Shown here in pieces: positions 1-13,172 of a DNA stretch of 64,000 bases (position 1 is its first letter; every line of letters starts with the position of its first letter). This DNA comes from Amoebidium appalachense (lineage: Eukaryota; Protista; Ichthyosporea): assembly GCA_963693365.1 (NCBI GenBank), contig CAVNZM010000004.1, positions 3,273,547 through 3,337,546 of the forward strand, in the 5' to 3' direction. Under the pieces are notes generated by a model, which did not search any database, was not told where the DNA came from, and was given only the letters and a program-made list of their open reading frames with translations. The translations under genes were made by a program, and so were the position numbers.

Positions 1-85
1 TTGACTGACACCTCCTGCCACCCTCCCCAACCCCCGCCCCTGAACACACGCACACGCACGCACACACACACACACCACACACACA

Positions 86-158
<73 letters not shown>

Positions 159-416
159 CCACCCCGAGTGCTTTCTCCAACCCTGCTCCCTGAGGAATGC
201 CTCGAACTGCTGATCCTTGACCTCCCACTCCGCATAGTATTTAATGTCGGTGAAGAAGCTGGCACGGAAATAGCGCTGCATCATCTGCAAAGAGGGAAAA
301 AATAAAAATACAAATACAAATAAATAACATTAAAAAGGAAAAGGACAAAAAGAAAAAAAGGAAAAAAACAAAAAAGAGAAAAAAAGAAAAAAAGAAAAAA
401 GAGATAAAAGAGGGGG

Positions 417-452
<36 letters not shown>

Positions 453-657
453 GAAAGGAAAGAGAGAAAACGAAAAGGAAAAGCAGCCGAGGGCGAGCAT
501 GTGTCAGGGTGCTGTTTTTAAACCACTTTCCATATTGTACAAACTGCAGTCCCCACGGTTAGGTAAGTACTACATCTTCTTCTCTTTTAACCCATCTTAT
601 CCACCGGCCATCCCCTAGTGCCATCTAGGTCTTGCAAGTTTAGGCTTCAAGTTTTCA

Positions 658-691
<34 letters not shown>

Positions 692-1240
692 ACCGCCCGC
701 CCCCCGGGGCTCCCTTTTCATAAACGCAAACCCCTTATCTCCACTATCTCCACGAACATAAAAAAGCCCCTGCCTTTTTGGACAATAGCCACCGACTACA
801 ACTACGACAGAAAACCCCCCATATATATAATTTCTAACAAAAAAAATCCCAAAACACCCCCCTCCTGAATTAGAACAGGAGTTACCAATTTTTTTAGAGA
901 CCTAATATCCCCCCCTACCTCCACGAACACAAATGCCACATATTGCCTACGAAAGACCAAGAAGTTTTCTAACTTCCAAGAACAAAAACCACCCCAGTCT
1001 TCCGTAAACGACACGATTCACCCATAAACTCGATGAACAAGAGGCCACCTTACTCCTGTGTGGAAAATCTCAAAAACCCTCTATCTCCATGAACATAAAA
1101 CCCGCAATCACTCTTCGAAACCTGCCCCCCCCCCCCCCCCCCCCCCCCCTCTCCCCCCAAACCTCTTCCCCCCCCCTCCCCCCCCTCCCCGGAACAAACA
1201 CCCCTACGTCCATAACAAACCTTCCCCCCAATCCTCTTCG

Positions 1241-1285
<45 letters not shown>

Positions 1286-2107
1286 ACCTACCCCCACTTA
1301 CCCCCCCCCCCACCCAAAAAAAAAAAAACCTACCCCCACTTACCCCCCCCCCCCCCCCCCCCCCCTCCCCACCCCCAACGTCCATGAGCACTAAACCGCC
1401 AAATCCTCTCTCTATTCTCCCCCCCCCCCCCCTCCCCCCCCCCCCCCCAAAAAAAACACCTTAAGCTACCCCCACAACATAAACCCCCCAACCTTCATGG
1501 ACATAAACCCCTTAGTCATCAATGAAACAACCCCCCCCTCCCCCAACCTCCATGAACATAAACCCCCAAGTATTAACGAAAAACAATTTAAAGAAACCCC
1601 GAACCCTTATGAACATAGACCCACGTGCCCCCACTAACATAACCCCCTCCTAGGCCTACCTCCACGCACATAAGTCCCCCTACCCCCACAAACATAAACC
1701 CCCTACCCTCACGAACATGAACCCTCCTAACCCCATGAACATAACCCCCCCCCCCCCCCTACCCCCACGAACATAAACACCCCTACCTCCATGAACATAA
1801 CCCCCCCTACCCCCACGAACATAAACACCCCTACCTCCATGAACATGTGCATTGCCAGGTCATCATCCATGCATATGTCGTCGTCGCTATCTTCTTCCTC
1901 CTCCGCCAGCTTGCGGTAGGCATAGTTCACCCGCTGAAACTGGATCTGAAAAAACACCGGGCATGAGACTGTGCACAACCAGAATGTAAAACACACACAC
2001 ACATACACATACACAAGAACACACACACAGAGAGACAAGACACCCACACACACACGAGCTCACACCGAGAAACGACACATACACTAACACACACACACAC
2101 CACACAC

Positions 2108-2165
<58 letters not shown>

Positions 2166-2728
2166 ACACCACCCGGCGACCATATGCATAGCTAAACAAG
2201 ACTCCGAGCACCCAATAAGTACTGGTCAAAAAACCAGCATCATTAACCCTTCATTCAATTATTCCTGCATTCTCTGTGCAACCACCCCTACACCAGAACC
2301 GAGCTAACCACCCCCTCACCCGATCCAAGCCTGCCTGTCCGGGATCCCTCACAGATTTCGGTAGATCTGAGTAGAAGGTGCTGGGCGGATGGAGAAGGAA
2401 AGAATGGAGCGAGGGAAGGGGGGGGGGGGGGGGGGGGATTATACCTTTGACTCTTCACTGCCGTCATTCTTGTCGGGGTGGTGCTGCACAGCCAGTCTCT
2501 TGTAAGCGGCCCTATAAAAAGGGAAACACAGGTGTAAACAGGGGAAGGTAAAACCGTTTCAGTTTCTTCAAGCAACCATTTCAAATTCCCTTAGGGCTTG
2601 GAAAAAGGCCAACAAGGCAAAAAAACGAGTGGGCGTCCTAGGCTCACGTACGGGGAAAAGGGGGAAGGGGATCCAAAAGAGGGGAAGAAGGAATTGAGGG
2701 TTTGTACGGAAAGGGGGGAGGGGGGGAA

Positions 2729-2762
<34 letters not shown>

Positions 2763-2872
2763 GGAGAGAGAGGAGAGGAAGACACAGATGGATCGTAGTA
2801 CCTGATCTCCTGCTTGGAGGCCTCCTCGGCGACCCCAAGTACGGAGTAGCACTCGGAACGTTTCAGCTGCAT
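1..2872 (-). CDS. DnaJ/Hsp40 J-domain protein, spliced; 3' part runs off the window
   Basis: Manual splicing at GT-AG junctions: 2872-2802 (MQLKRSECYSVLGVAEEASKQEIR), ~2511-2445 (AAYKRLAVQHHPDKNDGSEESK, with the HPD motif), ~1946-1836 (IQFQRVNYAYRKLAEEEEDSDDD...), ~285-160 (MMQRYFRASFFTDIKYYAEWEVKDQQFEAFLREQGWRK). An in-frame stop lies just upstream of ATG 2872. Confidence 0.85.
730..1846 (-). repeat. Degenerate reiteration of the DnaJ exon 3 end and splice donor
   Basis: Many copies of CCCCTACC(T/C)CCA(T/C)GAACATA on +, i.e. ATGTTCATGGAG|GTAGGGG on -, decaying with distance from the exon. Confidence 0.65.
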
Positions 2873-3690
2873 AGTAGCGGGTCACAGGCCGCTACCGTTG
2901 CTTGAGCAGATGCCAAAACCCAAGAACAGCACCCCTGTGTGTCTGGTGTGAAAGGCGATGGGGCACGGGGAACATGCACGAAAGGTGGGGTGGAGCGGGG
3001 ATATAAGTGGGTGGTTGGGTAGGTAGGGGGGGTTGGTCAATACAAGGGAATTTAGGGTTGAATAAAGGAGAAACAATTGAGAATCTGGGAAGCCAAAAAT
3101 AAATTGTCTTGGTAGTACAGACCGAAAATGCAATTCCTGTTACTAGATCTGAGTTAGGCATGTGACTTCGTCCGTCGACCGTGCGTTTTGAGATCGGGGT
3201 TTTCGACCTTATTACTTCTACCAGTGCTATCATAAGTACGTAACGGGCTATGATTCTTGACAAGAACAAACGTCCGAATCTGCCCTTTACCTCTTTTCTA
3301 CGCCCACAAGTCTTACCCCAGTTCTGTTGTGTCTCTTCCACTCAGGTTGACAACTTTGTCATGATGCTGCGCCTTGATTATATAGTCCATTGATAGTCTA
3401 AAATATGTATACGTAGATGTCGAACTGATAATCGTACTCTAGATTATTTAGGTTGTAAAAATACGTCATGGAAGTCACTGTCTCACAGACTAATCAATCG
3501 AAAAATAGCCATATAAGGAATTGGCGCGCTTTTCTTTTTTGATGCTAACGTCCGGTGGTCCGTGGCCGGCCCGAGCTTTGAGAACCCCCATGTTGCACCT
3601 AAAGCATTCTCAAAATTTGAACATGCCTTCGAAAAGTAGAGGTATAAGTGATATATCGGGTTGAAAAGGGAAGGGTATAGTGCAGGCAGC

Positions 3691-3833
3691 ATGGCGTCGG
3701 GCAGCTTTAAGGCGGGCGTTGACCGTGGGATGGAGTACCGCAGTGACGGTAGCCAATACGTGGGTATGTTTTCCTTTCACAGTTTTTTGTTTGGGCGGTG
3801 GGGTGGGGTAGGAGGGTGGGGTGGGGGGGGGGG

Positions 3834-3867
<34 letters not shown>

Positions 3868-4844
3868 GGGGAAGGGGTAGTGAAGTTATAAATTAAAAAA
3901 AAGGAGGGGAGTTGAGGGAATGAAAGATCAGGTGGGTAGCTGCAACTTGCAATCCGAACACGTGCACGTTGCACATTCTTGTCACATACCCACCTCTCTC
4001 ACCTGCAGGATCATTTCTTTCAAATCGTGTGAATGAATAATTTATGATGTTTATGGCATTGCCCTTAAGAATCCTGCGATTTTGCATCTGATTTTGAGCT
4101 CAAATAAGTTTAAGCACTGCCCTTAAGAATCCTACGAATTTGCATCTGATTTTGAGCTCAAATAAGTTTAAGCAATAAGTGATATACTCCAAGCGCGCAC
4201 AGTATCTTTTTTCCGTGAACCACATAAGGTCCTCTAGCTAGGCTGCTTGAGGCACACACGCTTGCACATGTCTTGGCACGCTCAGGAGTTGCCGTGGCTG
4301 TGCACTTATTCAAGGAAGCGCACACATTCTTGCACCCATGCATGCACAAGCGGAATCGCAATAACCAGTCTCACACACAAGCTGGAACACACACATACAC
4401 ACACACACCAATAAATGAACACATGCCCACAGGCGCACAAACACACTCAAACTAAGGCTCCATGGAAGGAGAGACACACATCTCAAGCAATAAGGCCACC
4501 CATATATATTACATGTGTTTAAATACGAGCACCTGACACGCCTACGAATATGCATCAAGCCCACACTTACACCTGCTTTCCCTCGCACAAATATATGGCA
4601 CATAAGAACCGTAACACTTCATCTCTCAATCACTCTCATCCCCTCGCCCAACAACCCAACACGGAATAAAGCACTGATTTTCAGGGCATTATTGCAGGGC
4701 AGTATAAGCATGGAAGGCCCCATGGGTTGGGGGTGCTGCACTGGCAGGATGGAGAAAGGTGTGTTAAGAACTTTCTTTCATGGCACTAGTTTAACAAAGC
4801 ACAAATCATCTCTGGTCATCAGGGCAAATTTCTCTTCCTCCAGT

Positions 4845-4875
<31 letters not shown>

Positions 4876-5568
4876 TGGTAAACCACATTGCATGAAAGAT
4901 AAATAGCCTGGCAAGCAAAATACTGACATGGATCGACATCATGTGCCCCTGGAACATAGGTTCTGTGCATTCGGTCGTAGACTCTGAAGATGGGGCATCT
5001 ACACGGGTTCGAAGGAGGTTTTTGGCCCAGACCGCATCTGTTTTGCTTGCTGTTTAGTTCAGTGTATTTACTTTGAAACAGCATATGTACACAATACACC
5101 ACTTTCCCTCTCCCCCCCCCTCCCCCCCACTCCTCCCCTCCCTCCCTCTTTTCTTAAGCTCATCATAATGTAACATGCTTTTTTTGTGGTGGGCCACAGA
5201 TACCAGGGGCAGTTTTGTGACGGTCTGCGTGAGGGCTTTGGAATGTACACACGGGCAGACGGTGCACCGTATGAGGGCCAGTGGGTGAAGGATGCAAAGG
5301 AGGGCATAGGTATCCCTCCCCATGTCCTCCCCCCCCCCCCCCCTCCCCCACTCACACACACACCCCTCTCTCTTTTCCTTTCTCTTCCCCCCCCTCCCCC
5401 CCCTGCCCCCCTCCCATCCCCACAAAAAAAAAAAAAAAGAAAAGAAAAGAAAAAGAAAAAAGTAAAGCAAAGGAAGCTTGAAGGAAAGTGTGCACACAAG
5501 GGTACAAACCCCCTTTTTTTTTACACCTCACAGCGTCAGTTCCACAATGGCCCCATTTCTCCTGTGCA

Positions 5569-5604
<36 letters not shown>

Positions 5605-6499
5605 TTCTTTCCCCGGGGGGAATAGCCGTTCATTCCCTTCATGTATTCTATGATGGGATGTGTGGCCAAACGATAGTTGTGCTTGTGTACCCACCGGGGA
5701 AAGGTTAAAAATAGGCACATCTGAAAGTTTCATTCTTGGGACAGAGATTGGTTTTTAAGTATTTATGGCTATACTTTTTTTTTTTGGGGGGGTGTGTGTG
5801 TGTGGGGGGGGGGGGGGGCTAGGGAAGGAAAAATGAAGGGGGGTTTGAGGTTTTTTTTTGAGGGGGGGAGAGGCGGGGGGGGGGGGGGGGGGGGGGAGCT
5901 AGGGAAGGAAAAAGGAGTGGTTTTTTTTTTTTTTTTTGGGGGGGGGGGGGGGGCTTATCAAACATATTGGCCAATGCACCCCCCCCCTGCCACCTCCCCT
6001 TCGCACACACACACACACACACACCTGGGCCGCTTTCTCCCTGCATTCCCACAACCTTCCCCTCATCCCTTCTTCCATTCAGCATTCCTTACCCTTCCTC
6101 CTCCATCCCTCCCTACCTTCCATTAATGGATGCATGACCACAGGCCGTGAGGTGTACCCCGGTGAGTGCATGTATGTTGGGGGATGGAGCAAGAACATGT
6201 GGCACGGGCTGGGCCGGACCGTTGATTTGAGCCAAAACCCGGCCCGAATCATCCATTCGGGTCAGTGGGCCCATAATCTCGTAACTGACTCACACATGGC
6301 CGCCCCCCTGGATGAGACCTTTTTTCAGGTGATCCCCCCCCCCCCCCCCCCCCCCCCCCCCACCCAAACACACACACACACACACATACACACAACCCTT
6401 CCCTCCCCCCTCCCTTTCTTTCTCTTCTCCCTTTTCCCTTCCCCCCCCCCCCCCCCCCCCCACACACACACACAGACACAGACACACGCGTACACGATC

Positions 6500-6539
<40 letters not shown>

Positions 6540-6946
6540 CCACCACCACCACCACCACCCCTTCTAACGCACACACACACACCTTTCTCTCTCTTAAGTT
6601 TCAGTTTCAGATACCGTTGTCTTATCCTCCTTCCCCCCCCCCCCCCCCCCCCCCTCCCCCCTACCCCTCTGCTCCCCTCCCCTTCTGCTCGTTGCACTAC
6701 ACAGCTCTGGGCGTTTTCCTTGCATGTTGGAGGAGGGGTAGGGAGGGTGTATGTGTGTGTGAGAGGGGGGGGGGGGGGGAGGCATCGAGGGCGGGGAGTC
6801 AATTTCGGTTGCTGGTCCTAAGAATATATGTCTCACGAGTGTTATTGGTGTGCAAGAGTTAAAGATCCCAACCAGGGAGATCATTTGCTCGGTCAACACC
6901 GCTCAAACCCCAACCTTATTGTGGTTCAACCTTTACGCTCCCCCCC

Positions 6947-6981
<35 letters not shown>

Positions 6982-7558
6982 CACACACACACACACGCAC
7001 GCACACCCGACCCTCTCCTCTTCTTAACACCACATGCATGCGCACACAAGAGACAGACAGGCACGCACACACCACACACACACACACCTTTTCCTTCCAT
7101 CTCCTCTCCCATCAGAAGCTTTATATGTATGACCAGGTAGCAGCACAAAAAAAATAAGATGTCACAACCATGATTACAGCCCAAAAATAGCCACTTTAAA
7201 AGTCTAAAAATAGTTCATTGGGCCCAGAATGTTGTGTCTGCAGCGAGTAAGGCCAGTGAGGTTGCAGCAGCAGCCATGGTCGTGGCTGATGGCATAGTGA
7301 GGGACCTGAGTGACCCACAGGACAATGTGGTGAATAAGTATAACCCCCCCCCCCCCCCCCCCCTTCCCGCCGCCGCCTCTGTCACACATAAAGCTTGCAC
7401 ACACCTACACACAGGCTTGCACGTGCGCGTGACTCACACACACATACACACACAGCGAGAGAGAGGAGGAGAAAGGGGGAGTTGCTCATACATGCACTCC
7501 TACACGGACACACAGTCACGCCTACACACGCATGCACGCACACATGTACACACAAACA

Positions 7559-7624
<66 letters not shown>

Positions 7625-7688
7625 CTGAACACAAACCTAATGCATATGCTCACAATCATACGAACAAACACGCACACACACGCGCACG

Positions 7689-7738
<50 letters not shown>

Positions 7739-8416
7739 GGGATCACGATAAACTTCTTCTATTAAAGCAAAGAGTAGTAAAGAGTAGCTTCCACTTGTCT
7801 GTTCATTGCTCGATATCACCATTGGTCCGCTCTTTTCACCAATTCATTTTTTTCATGCTATCATCCAATCAGGAACCACGATCCAACAGGTTCCCCCCCC
7901 CCCCCCCCCTCCCCCCCGGAAAGAAAACTAAACAACGTATTATGCAGTTAGCGTGCCCCACACACACATACACCATACACACAGATGCACACATGCACAC
8001 GCGCACACACATACATACCACACACACATCTCCCTCTCTCCCCACACACACACTCCTCACCACCTCTCCTTTCCCCCTCTCTCCCCTTCCTCCCCACATT
8101 TCCTCAGAGATTCCCTCACTACTGTCTTCTGCCGTTCCACACAATGCACACACTCTTTCGTTGTCCCCCCCCCCCCCCCCCCCCCTCCTTTCCTTTCCTT
8201 CGCTGTCTCCTGCCCCTCCCCCCCTCCCCCCTTCCCTGCTCTATCTTTCTCTCTCTTTCTCATATCAACCCCCACACACATAGTGCTAAAATTCAACCCT
8301 GTGTGTGTTTGCAGGCTGCAGTTCACTGTGCAGACAGCCACACCCATACGCGTGGATGTGGAGTTGACGGCAAAGGGCACCGTGAGGTTGAGGGGCAGGG
8401 GCATGGCTGTACTGCA

Positions 8417-8453
<37 letters not shown>

Positions 8454-8472
8454 GGGGTGGGTGGGTGGGTGG

Positions 8473-8503
<31 letters not shown>

Positions 8504-8662
8504 GGGGATTGGTGGGTGGGTGGGTGGGTGGTTGGGGTTGCCGGGGGGAGGGGGGGGGGTTAGGGGAGGTGAGGGAAGTGGTTGGTTGGTTGGGTGGGGG
8601 TAGGTGTGTGTGTGTGGGTAAGGGGGGCCGGAGGATAATGGGGTGTGGCTATGTCTGTGTGG

Positions 8663-8693
<31 letters not shown>

Positions 8694-8811
8694 TGTGATT
8701 TTGTGATTTTGTGATTTTGAGTGGGTAGGTACATGTAGGTGGGCTTATCTGTTAATTTAGTGTGGGTGTGTGATGTGTAGGTGAGGCATCGGTGTCATGC
8801 GTGAAGGCGTT

Positions 8812-8849
<38 letters not shown>

Positions 8850-9268
8850 CGTGTGTGTGTGTGTTTGTTTGTGTTTGTGTGCGCATGCATACATGCATGT
8901 GTGCTACATGGGTTGGGTTTTTGCAACCACCTTTACCTGTAAAAAACAAGCACAGGGAGTACTGCTGCCACTTTTTCCTGTTTCAGTGTTGGCGTTGGCC
9001 GATATCAAGCTCTTGGTGGTTGGAATTTGGAACATTCCAGATGTGGGATTTGTGGGGCTTACATAGCAACCCCCCCCCCTCCCCCACCCACCCACCCCTC
9101 ACCCCGCCCCACCCAACCCCCTCCCCTCACGCGTGTACTGTGAACGCTTTGGGCCTCCTCTGAAAATGAGCTTTACTTTAAGGCATATTCTTTGTATGTG
9201 CTTAGCAAGATTTCAATGATTGTTTTGTCCGTCGTGTAGGCTTACTTCATATCCAGAAACACATTCTC

Positions 9269-9302
<34 letters not shown>

Positions 9303-9979
9303 TTCCCCCTCCCCCCGGCCATCTCCCCCTCTCCCCCTCCCCCCCCCCCCCCCCCCCCCCCACACACACACACATACACACACACCTCTTTCTCCTTCCT
9401 CCCTCCTCTGCAGGGATTTTGTACCGGGCGAGGTACCGACAAAACCTCCACCAAGGGGTATGGGAGTTAACACTTAACGGTTGTGATGGGGAGCTAGCAG
9501 AGCGGTACGGTTTGATGTATATGCTGGATGAGATCAGAAAAGAGATCGGCCCGGTTACTGTGACCCGATAACTGCGACCCAGTAACTGTGACCCGAGAGG
9601 GGGGGGGGGGGGGGGGGGGGGGGGCTCCTTTTTTAGTTTGCAGGAAAGAAGAGTATCACAGCAATCGGTACGATTGTTGGGTTTGATTGGGTCCGTATAC
9701 ATATGATGTATGTGAACCCAATGATTGATGGAAAAATCAGCCGAAGGCCAGGCAAAGCGTATTTGGTCCTTCTGTAGGGCGGCAGGCCGGTTGTTGGGTT
9801 GTGTGTGCATATGCGGGAACACCTGTGTACGTGTAGATTTTATTTTATTTTATTTTATTATCAATTTTTTTTTGCCTTTATGTTGTTTTGTTTTATTTTG
9901 TTTTGTTTTGTTTTGTTGTGTGTGTGTGTGTGTGTGTGCGTGGGAGGGGAGGGGGGGGGGGGGGGGGGGGGAGGGGGGA

Positions 9980-10017
<38 letters not shown>

Positions 10018-10226
10018 CTGGAGGGCTGGCCGGCAAGACTGGTCTGGTGTAGGTGTTCGTCAGTCAGGGCAGGGAGATTACGGTGGCCGTTTTTTGTGGG
10101 CATTCAAACCTTACCAAGGCATGGATTCATTATGGTATTGAAAAGGAAGCCTTACTTACACCTAAAGTCACAGATGAAGTGATGGGTTGCATGAATAATA
10201 ACCTGCTAAAGAAATTGAATCACTAA
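3691..10226 (+). CDS. MORN-repeat protein, spliced; 3' exons uncertain
   Basis: Exons 3691-3763 (MASGSFKAGVDRGMEYRSDGSQYV), ~4698-4758 (GQYKHGRPHGLGVLHWQDGE), ~5200-5309 (YQGQFCDGLREGFGMYTRADGAPYEGQWVKDAKEGIG) and ~6144-6328 (YVGGWSKNMWHGLG) carry the YxGxW/FxxGxxxGxG MORN pattern. Further candidate exons at ~7216-7329, ~8314-8418, ~8987-9043, ~9413-9458 and ~10053-10226 (TAA). Confidence 0.75.
4060..4174. repeat. ~58-bp tandem duplication in a MORN gene intron
   Basis: TGCCCTTAAGAATCCT...GAGCTCAAATAAGTTTAAGCA occurs twice, nearly identical. Confidence 0.8.
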
Positions 10227-10924
10227 TGGTTGTGTGTAACGATACCTTAATTCCAATGATTGGGGAGAGGCTATATTTATTAGCTACTAGTCCTAATAAA
10301 TGTTAACTATAGGGCAGTTATAAACATTTAAGTGTATATATATGTCCAAGCCGTATGAGGGATATTGGTCGTTGTTTATTTTTTTTTGTTTTTTATTTTA
10401 TTTTATTTTATTTTCCTTTTTTCTTTTTTCTTAGTGGCATTTTTGTTTGTTTTTGAGACAGCCACCATCTACTTCGGTTGGTATTGAGTACTTTGGCATC
10501 ATGATATATGTAGCAATCCCTCTGCAGATGACTTGATCATCTGCATACTGTCCTTGACAAGATTTCAAGTATATAAAATGAGTGTCTCTTGCTTATGCAT
10601 TCCTGAGACCCCCTTCCGTGCACGGTCAGGCTTTCGAGCCGCGTTCGAACCAGCCAAACTCCTGCAGCAAGACCGTCTGGATCCATTCCTGCCCCCTTCC
10701 CCTTCCCCCCCCCCCCCCCTAGGCCCCCCCCCTCCTCCCCCCTCAACCCCAACCCCAACCCACCCGCCCACCACCACCACCACTGACACCGCCACAAAAA
10801 AGAAAAACAATAACTTCCCCACCTGTACCGCGCAAATTAAAAAGGACCCCTTCACACCCCTCCAGAAATAACACGACTCACCGTGCACATATATAGACAC
10901 ATGTAAACTGACCCCCTCCCCCCC

Positions 10925-10955
<31 letters not shown>

Positions 10956-11271
10956 AATCCCCCCGGGCCCATTTTTGTTACCTGCGTCAGCCGAGCACGT
11001 TCCTAGCACCGCCAGAATATGAGGTTTCAATTGTAAAATGGAAGTCACGCCCTGTATGGCAATACGTATGCCTGCCCCCCCCCCCCCCCCCCCCCCCCCC
11101 CTCCTTCCAAAACAGACACACACACACACCTACCCGAAATAGCACTTCGGTCTCAGGGGGCCTCAGGTTGGGCAAAGAGGAAAAGATACAAGTCGAAATT
11201 TTTAATCTCCTTGCCGTTCCAAAGTCTAGAATAGTAACATGGAACACAAAGAAGGTCACTATATAGAGACA

Positions 11272-11480
11272 GCAACCCCTGCAAACATCGCTATCACATT
11301 CGATTTACCGTGCTACACTCGCCCCTAGTTGCAGTTGCAATTGCAAGAAAGGGAATACAAACATACGTGTTGGGGTGCAACCCCAGCAAACATCGCTGTC
11401 ACATTCGATTTACCGTGCTATACTCGCCACTAGTTGCAGTTGCAATTGCAAGAAAGGAAATACAATCATACGTGTTGGGG
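11272..11480. repeat. ~105-bp tandem duplication
   Basis: GCAACCCC.GCAAACATCGCT.TCACATTCGATTTACCGTGCTA...CATACGTGTTGGGG occurs twice. Confidence 0.8.
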
Positions 11481-11563
11481 AAAACTACCATCAGATTTCA
11501 CGACCTACCAGACTGAGGTGCTTTCGTCATTGGTGTCATACAAACAGAACCCCCCTCCCCGCC

Positions 11564-11608
<45 letters not shown>

Positions 11609-11901
11609 CACACACACACACAGAGAGAGACACACAGACGCATGCTTTCAAGGGAATAAGGTACAAGAAAAAGAGTCAATGGCCCACTGTATGGAACAAG
11701 TGACATCAAACATTACTCTGCCCATCTCGTCTGAAAAGGCAATCCTGGTTCTGCCCTGTCCCCCCAGCTGGGCCCTTCCCCCCTTCCCCTCCCCCCTCCC
11801 CCCACCCCCCCCCCCCCCCACCCCCCCCCCCCTTCGTAAATATCTAATAAGCACCCCCATATCAGCCGTTGTGATGGTCAATTAACATCGGCGTTTTGCA
11901 T

Positions 11902-12660
11902 TTAAATTATGTAAGTTCTGACAACTCCTGTGTTGTCTGGAGTGAAGGTAACTCGGTGAGGTCGACGTTCGACTTCTGAAAAATGTAGCCCACGATTGTC
12001 TTGTGTCGGTGGAGGGGGAGTGCCGTTTGCCAACGCTGCCATTCGCACATTCCGAACTCTTTTCGGCCCCACTCTATAATACTTGGCGACGAACGCGTCA
12101 GCTTCCGTTTTCAGTGAATCCTTTCCCCTTCTTTCTGACGATTTCAGCTGGTTGTCTTGCTCGAGAAGCTCTTCGTATCTGACAGACCACATGCTGCACA
12201 TGTTGTTGTTGTCTTCTTGAGAAAGACCCCTTTTTTTCGGTAGTAAAAGCCGTTTTAGAGTGGCTTTCAGTTTCGAGAGTTTTTCGGAGTGCTCGTCTGG
12301 AGATTCTTGTTGGCGCCGTTGTTGCTGACTTCCGTTTTGAACAGTGTCGTGTGTGCTTGAATTTTCAACGTTTGGTGCTGCTGCTTTTCTTTTCCCGTGC
12401 AAAAACTGTAACGAAGCGTCTTCTAAACTTATTCCGTTCTCCTCAATTATAAGGCCACGAGCACGCAGAGATTTGATGCTTTCTATTTTAGCCCTCTTCA
12501 GCTTGTCCTCTAATGTTTCCTCTCTCTTTCGCTTCCTTGCTCTTCTCTGCCGTTCATTTTTGAGTGCCCTCTTTCTGGACTTGGGGCTCAAGTTAGCGAA
12601 CCTGTCACCATCACTGTCGGGGGCACTTGCGGAAGAACGCTCGGCTGTTTGCTCGGACAT
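11902..12660 (-). CDS. Basic/coiled-coil hypothetical protein (MSEQ...), possibly a transposon-derived N-terminus
   Basis: Intronless 252-aa ORF with NLS-like KSRKRALKNERQRRARKRKR. A paralogous 5' end sits at 15206-15337. No catalytic motif was recognised. Confidence 0.5.
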   Translation of the reverse strand: MSEQTAERSSASAPDSDGDRFANLSPKSRKRALKNERQRRARKRKREETLEDKLKRAKIESIKSLRARGLIIEENGISLEDASLQFLHGKRKAAAPNVENSSTHDTVQNGSQQQRRQQESPDEHSEKLSKLKATLKRLLLPKKRGLSQEDNNNMCSMWSVRYEELLEQDNQLKSSERRGKDSLKTEADAFVAKYYRVGPKRVRNVRMAALANGTPPPPTQDNRGLHFSEVERRPHRVTFTPDNTGVVRTYII

Positions 12661-12950
12661 AGTGGAAAGGAGACAGACTACAGCTGCAGGAAACCAAGTT
12701 TACAAGAGAAGGCTACATGCAAAGATTTCGCGCCCTTTCCAGATAGTAATCCCTTTTTATAATGACTTTATTGATATGCTCAGCAAAATAGAAGCGTTCG
12801 AGATATCATCGATATCTCGGAGAAGAAAATACAAAAGCCCTCACTCTCGGATATGGAGGAGATAACGACATAAATAATCATACACCCTAGAAAACTCGTT
12901 AAACATACGGTGGTTCAACAGATAGTCAATAGACGTAATATTTTTTTTCT

Positions 12951-13172
12951 TTTGACTGGATTTATTCGACGGAAAGATATGCAAGTATGCACGGCATACT
13001 GAGAAGACAATAAAAACTTTTTCTTTTGACTGGATTTATTCGACGGAAAGATATGCAAGTATGCACGGCATACTGAGAAGACAATAAAAACTTTTTTTTT
13101 TCTTTTGACGGGATTTATTCGACGCAAAGATATGACAAGTATGCACGGCATACTGAGAAGACAATAAAAACT
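12951..13172 (-). repeat. Three ~70-79-bp tandem units at the retroelement 3' end
   Basis: TTTGAC.GGATTTATTCGACG.AAAGATATG.CAAGTATGCACGGCATACTGAGAAGACAATAAAAACTT x3. Each unit contains the hairpin AGTATGC-ACG-GCATACT. Confidence 0.85.
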
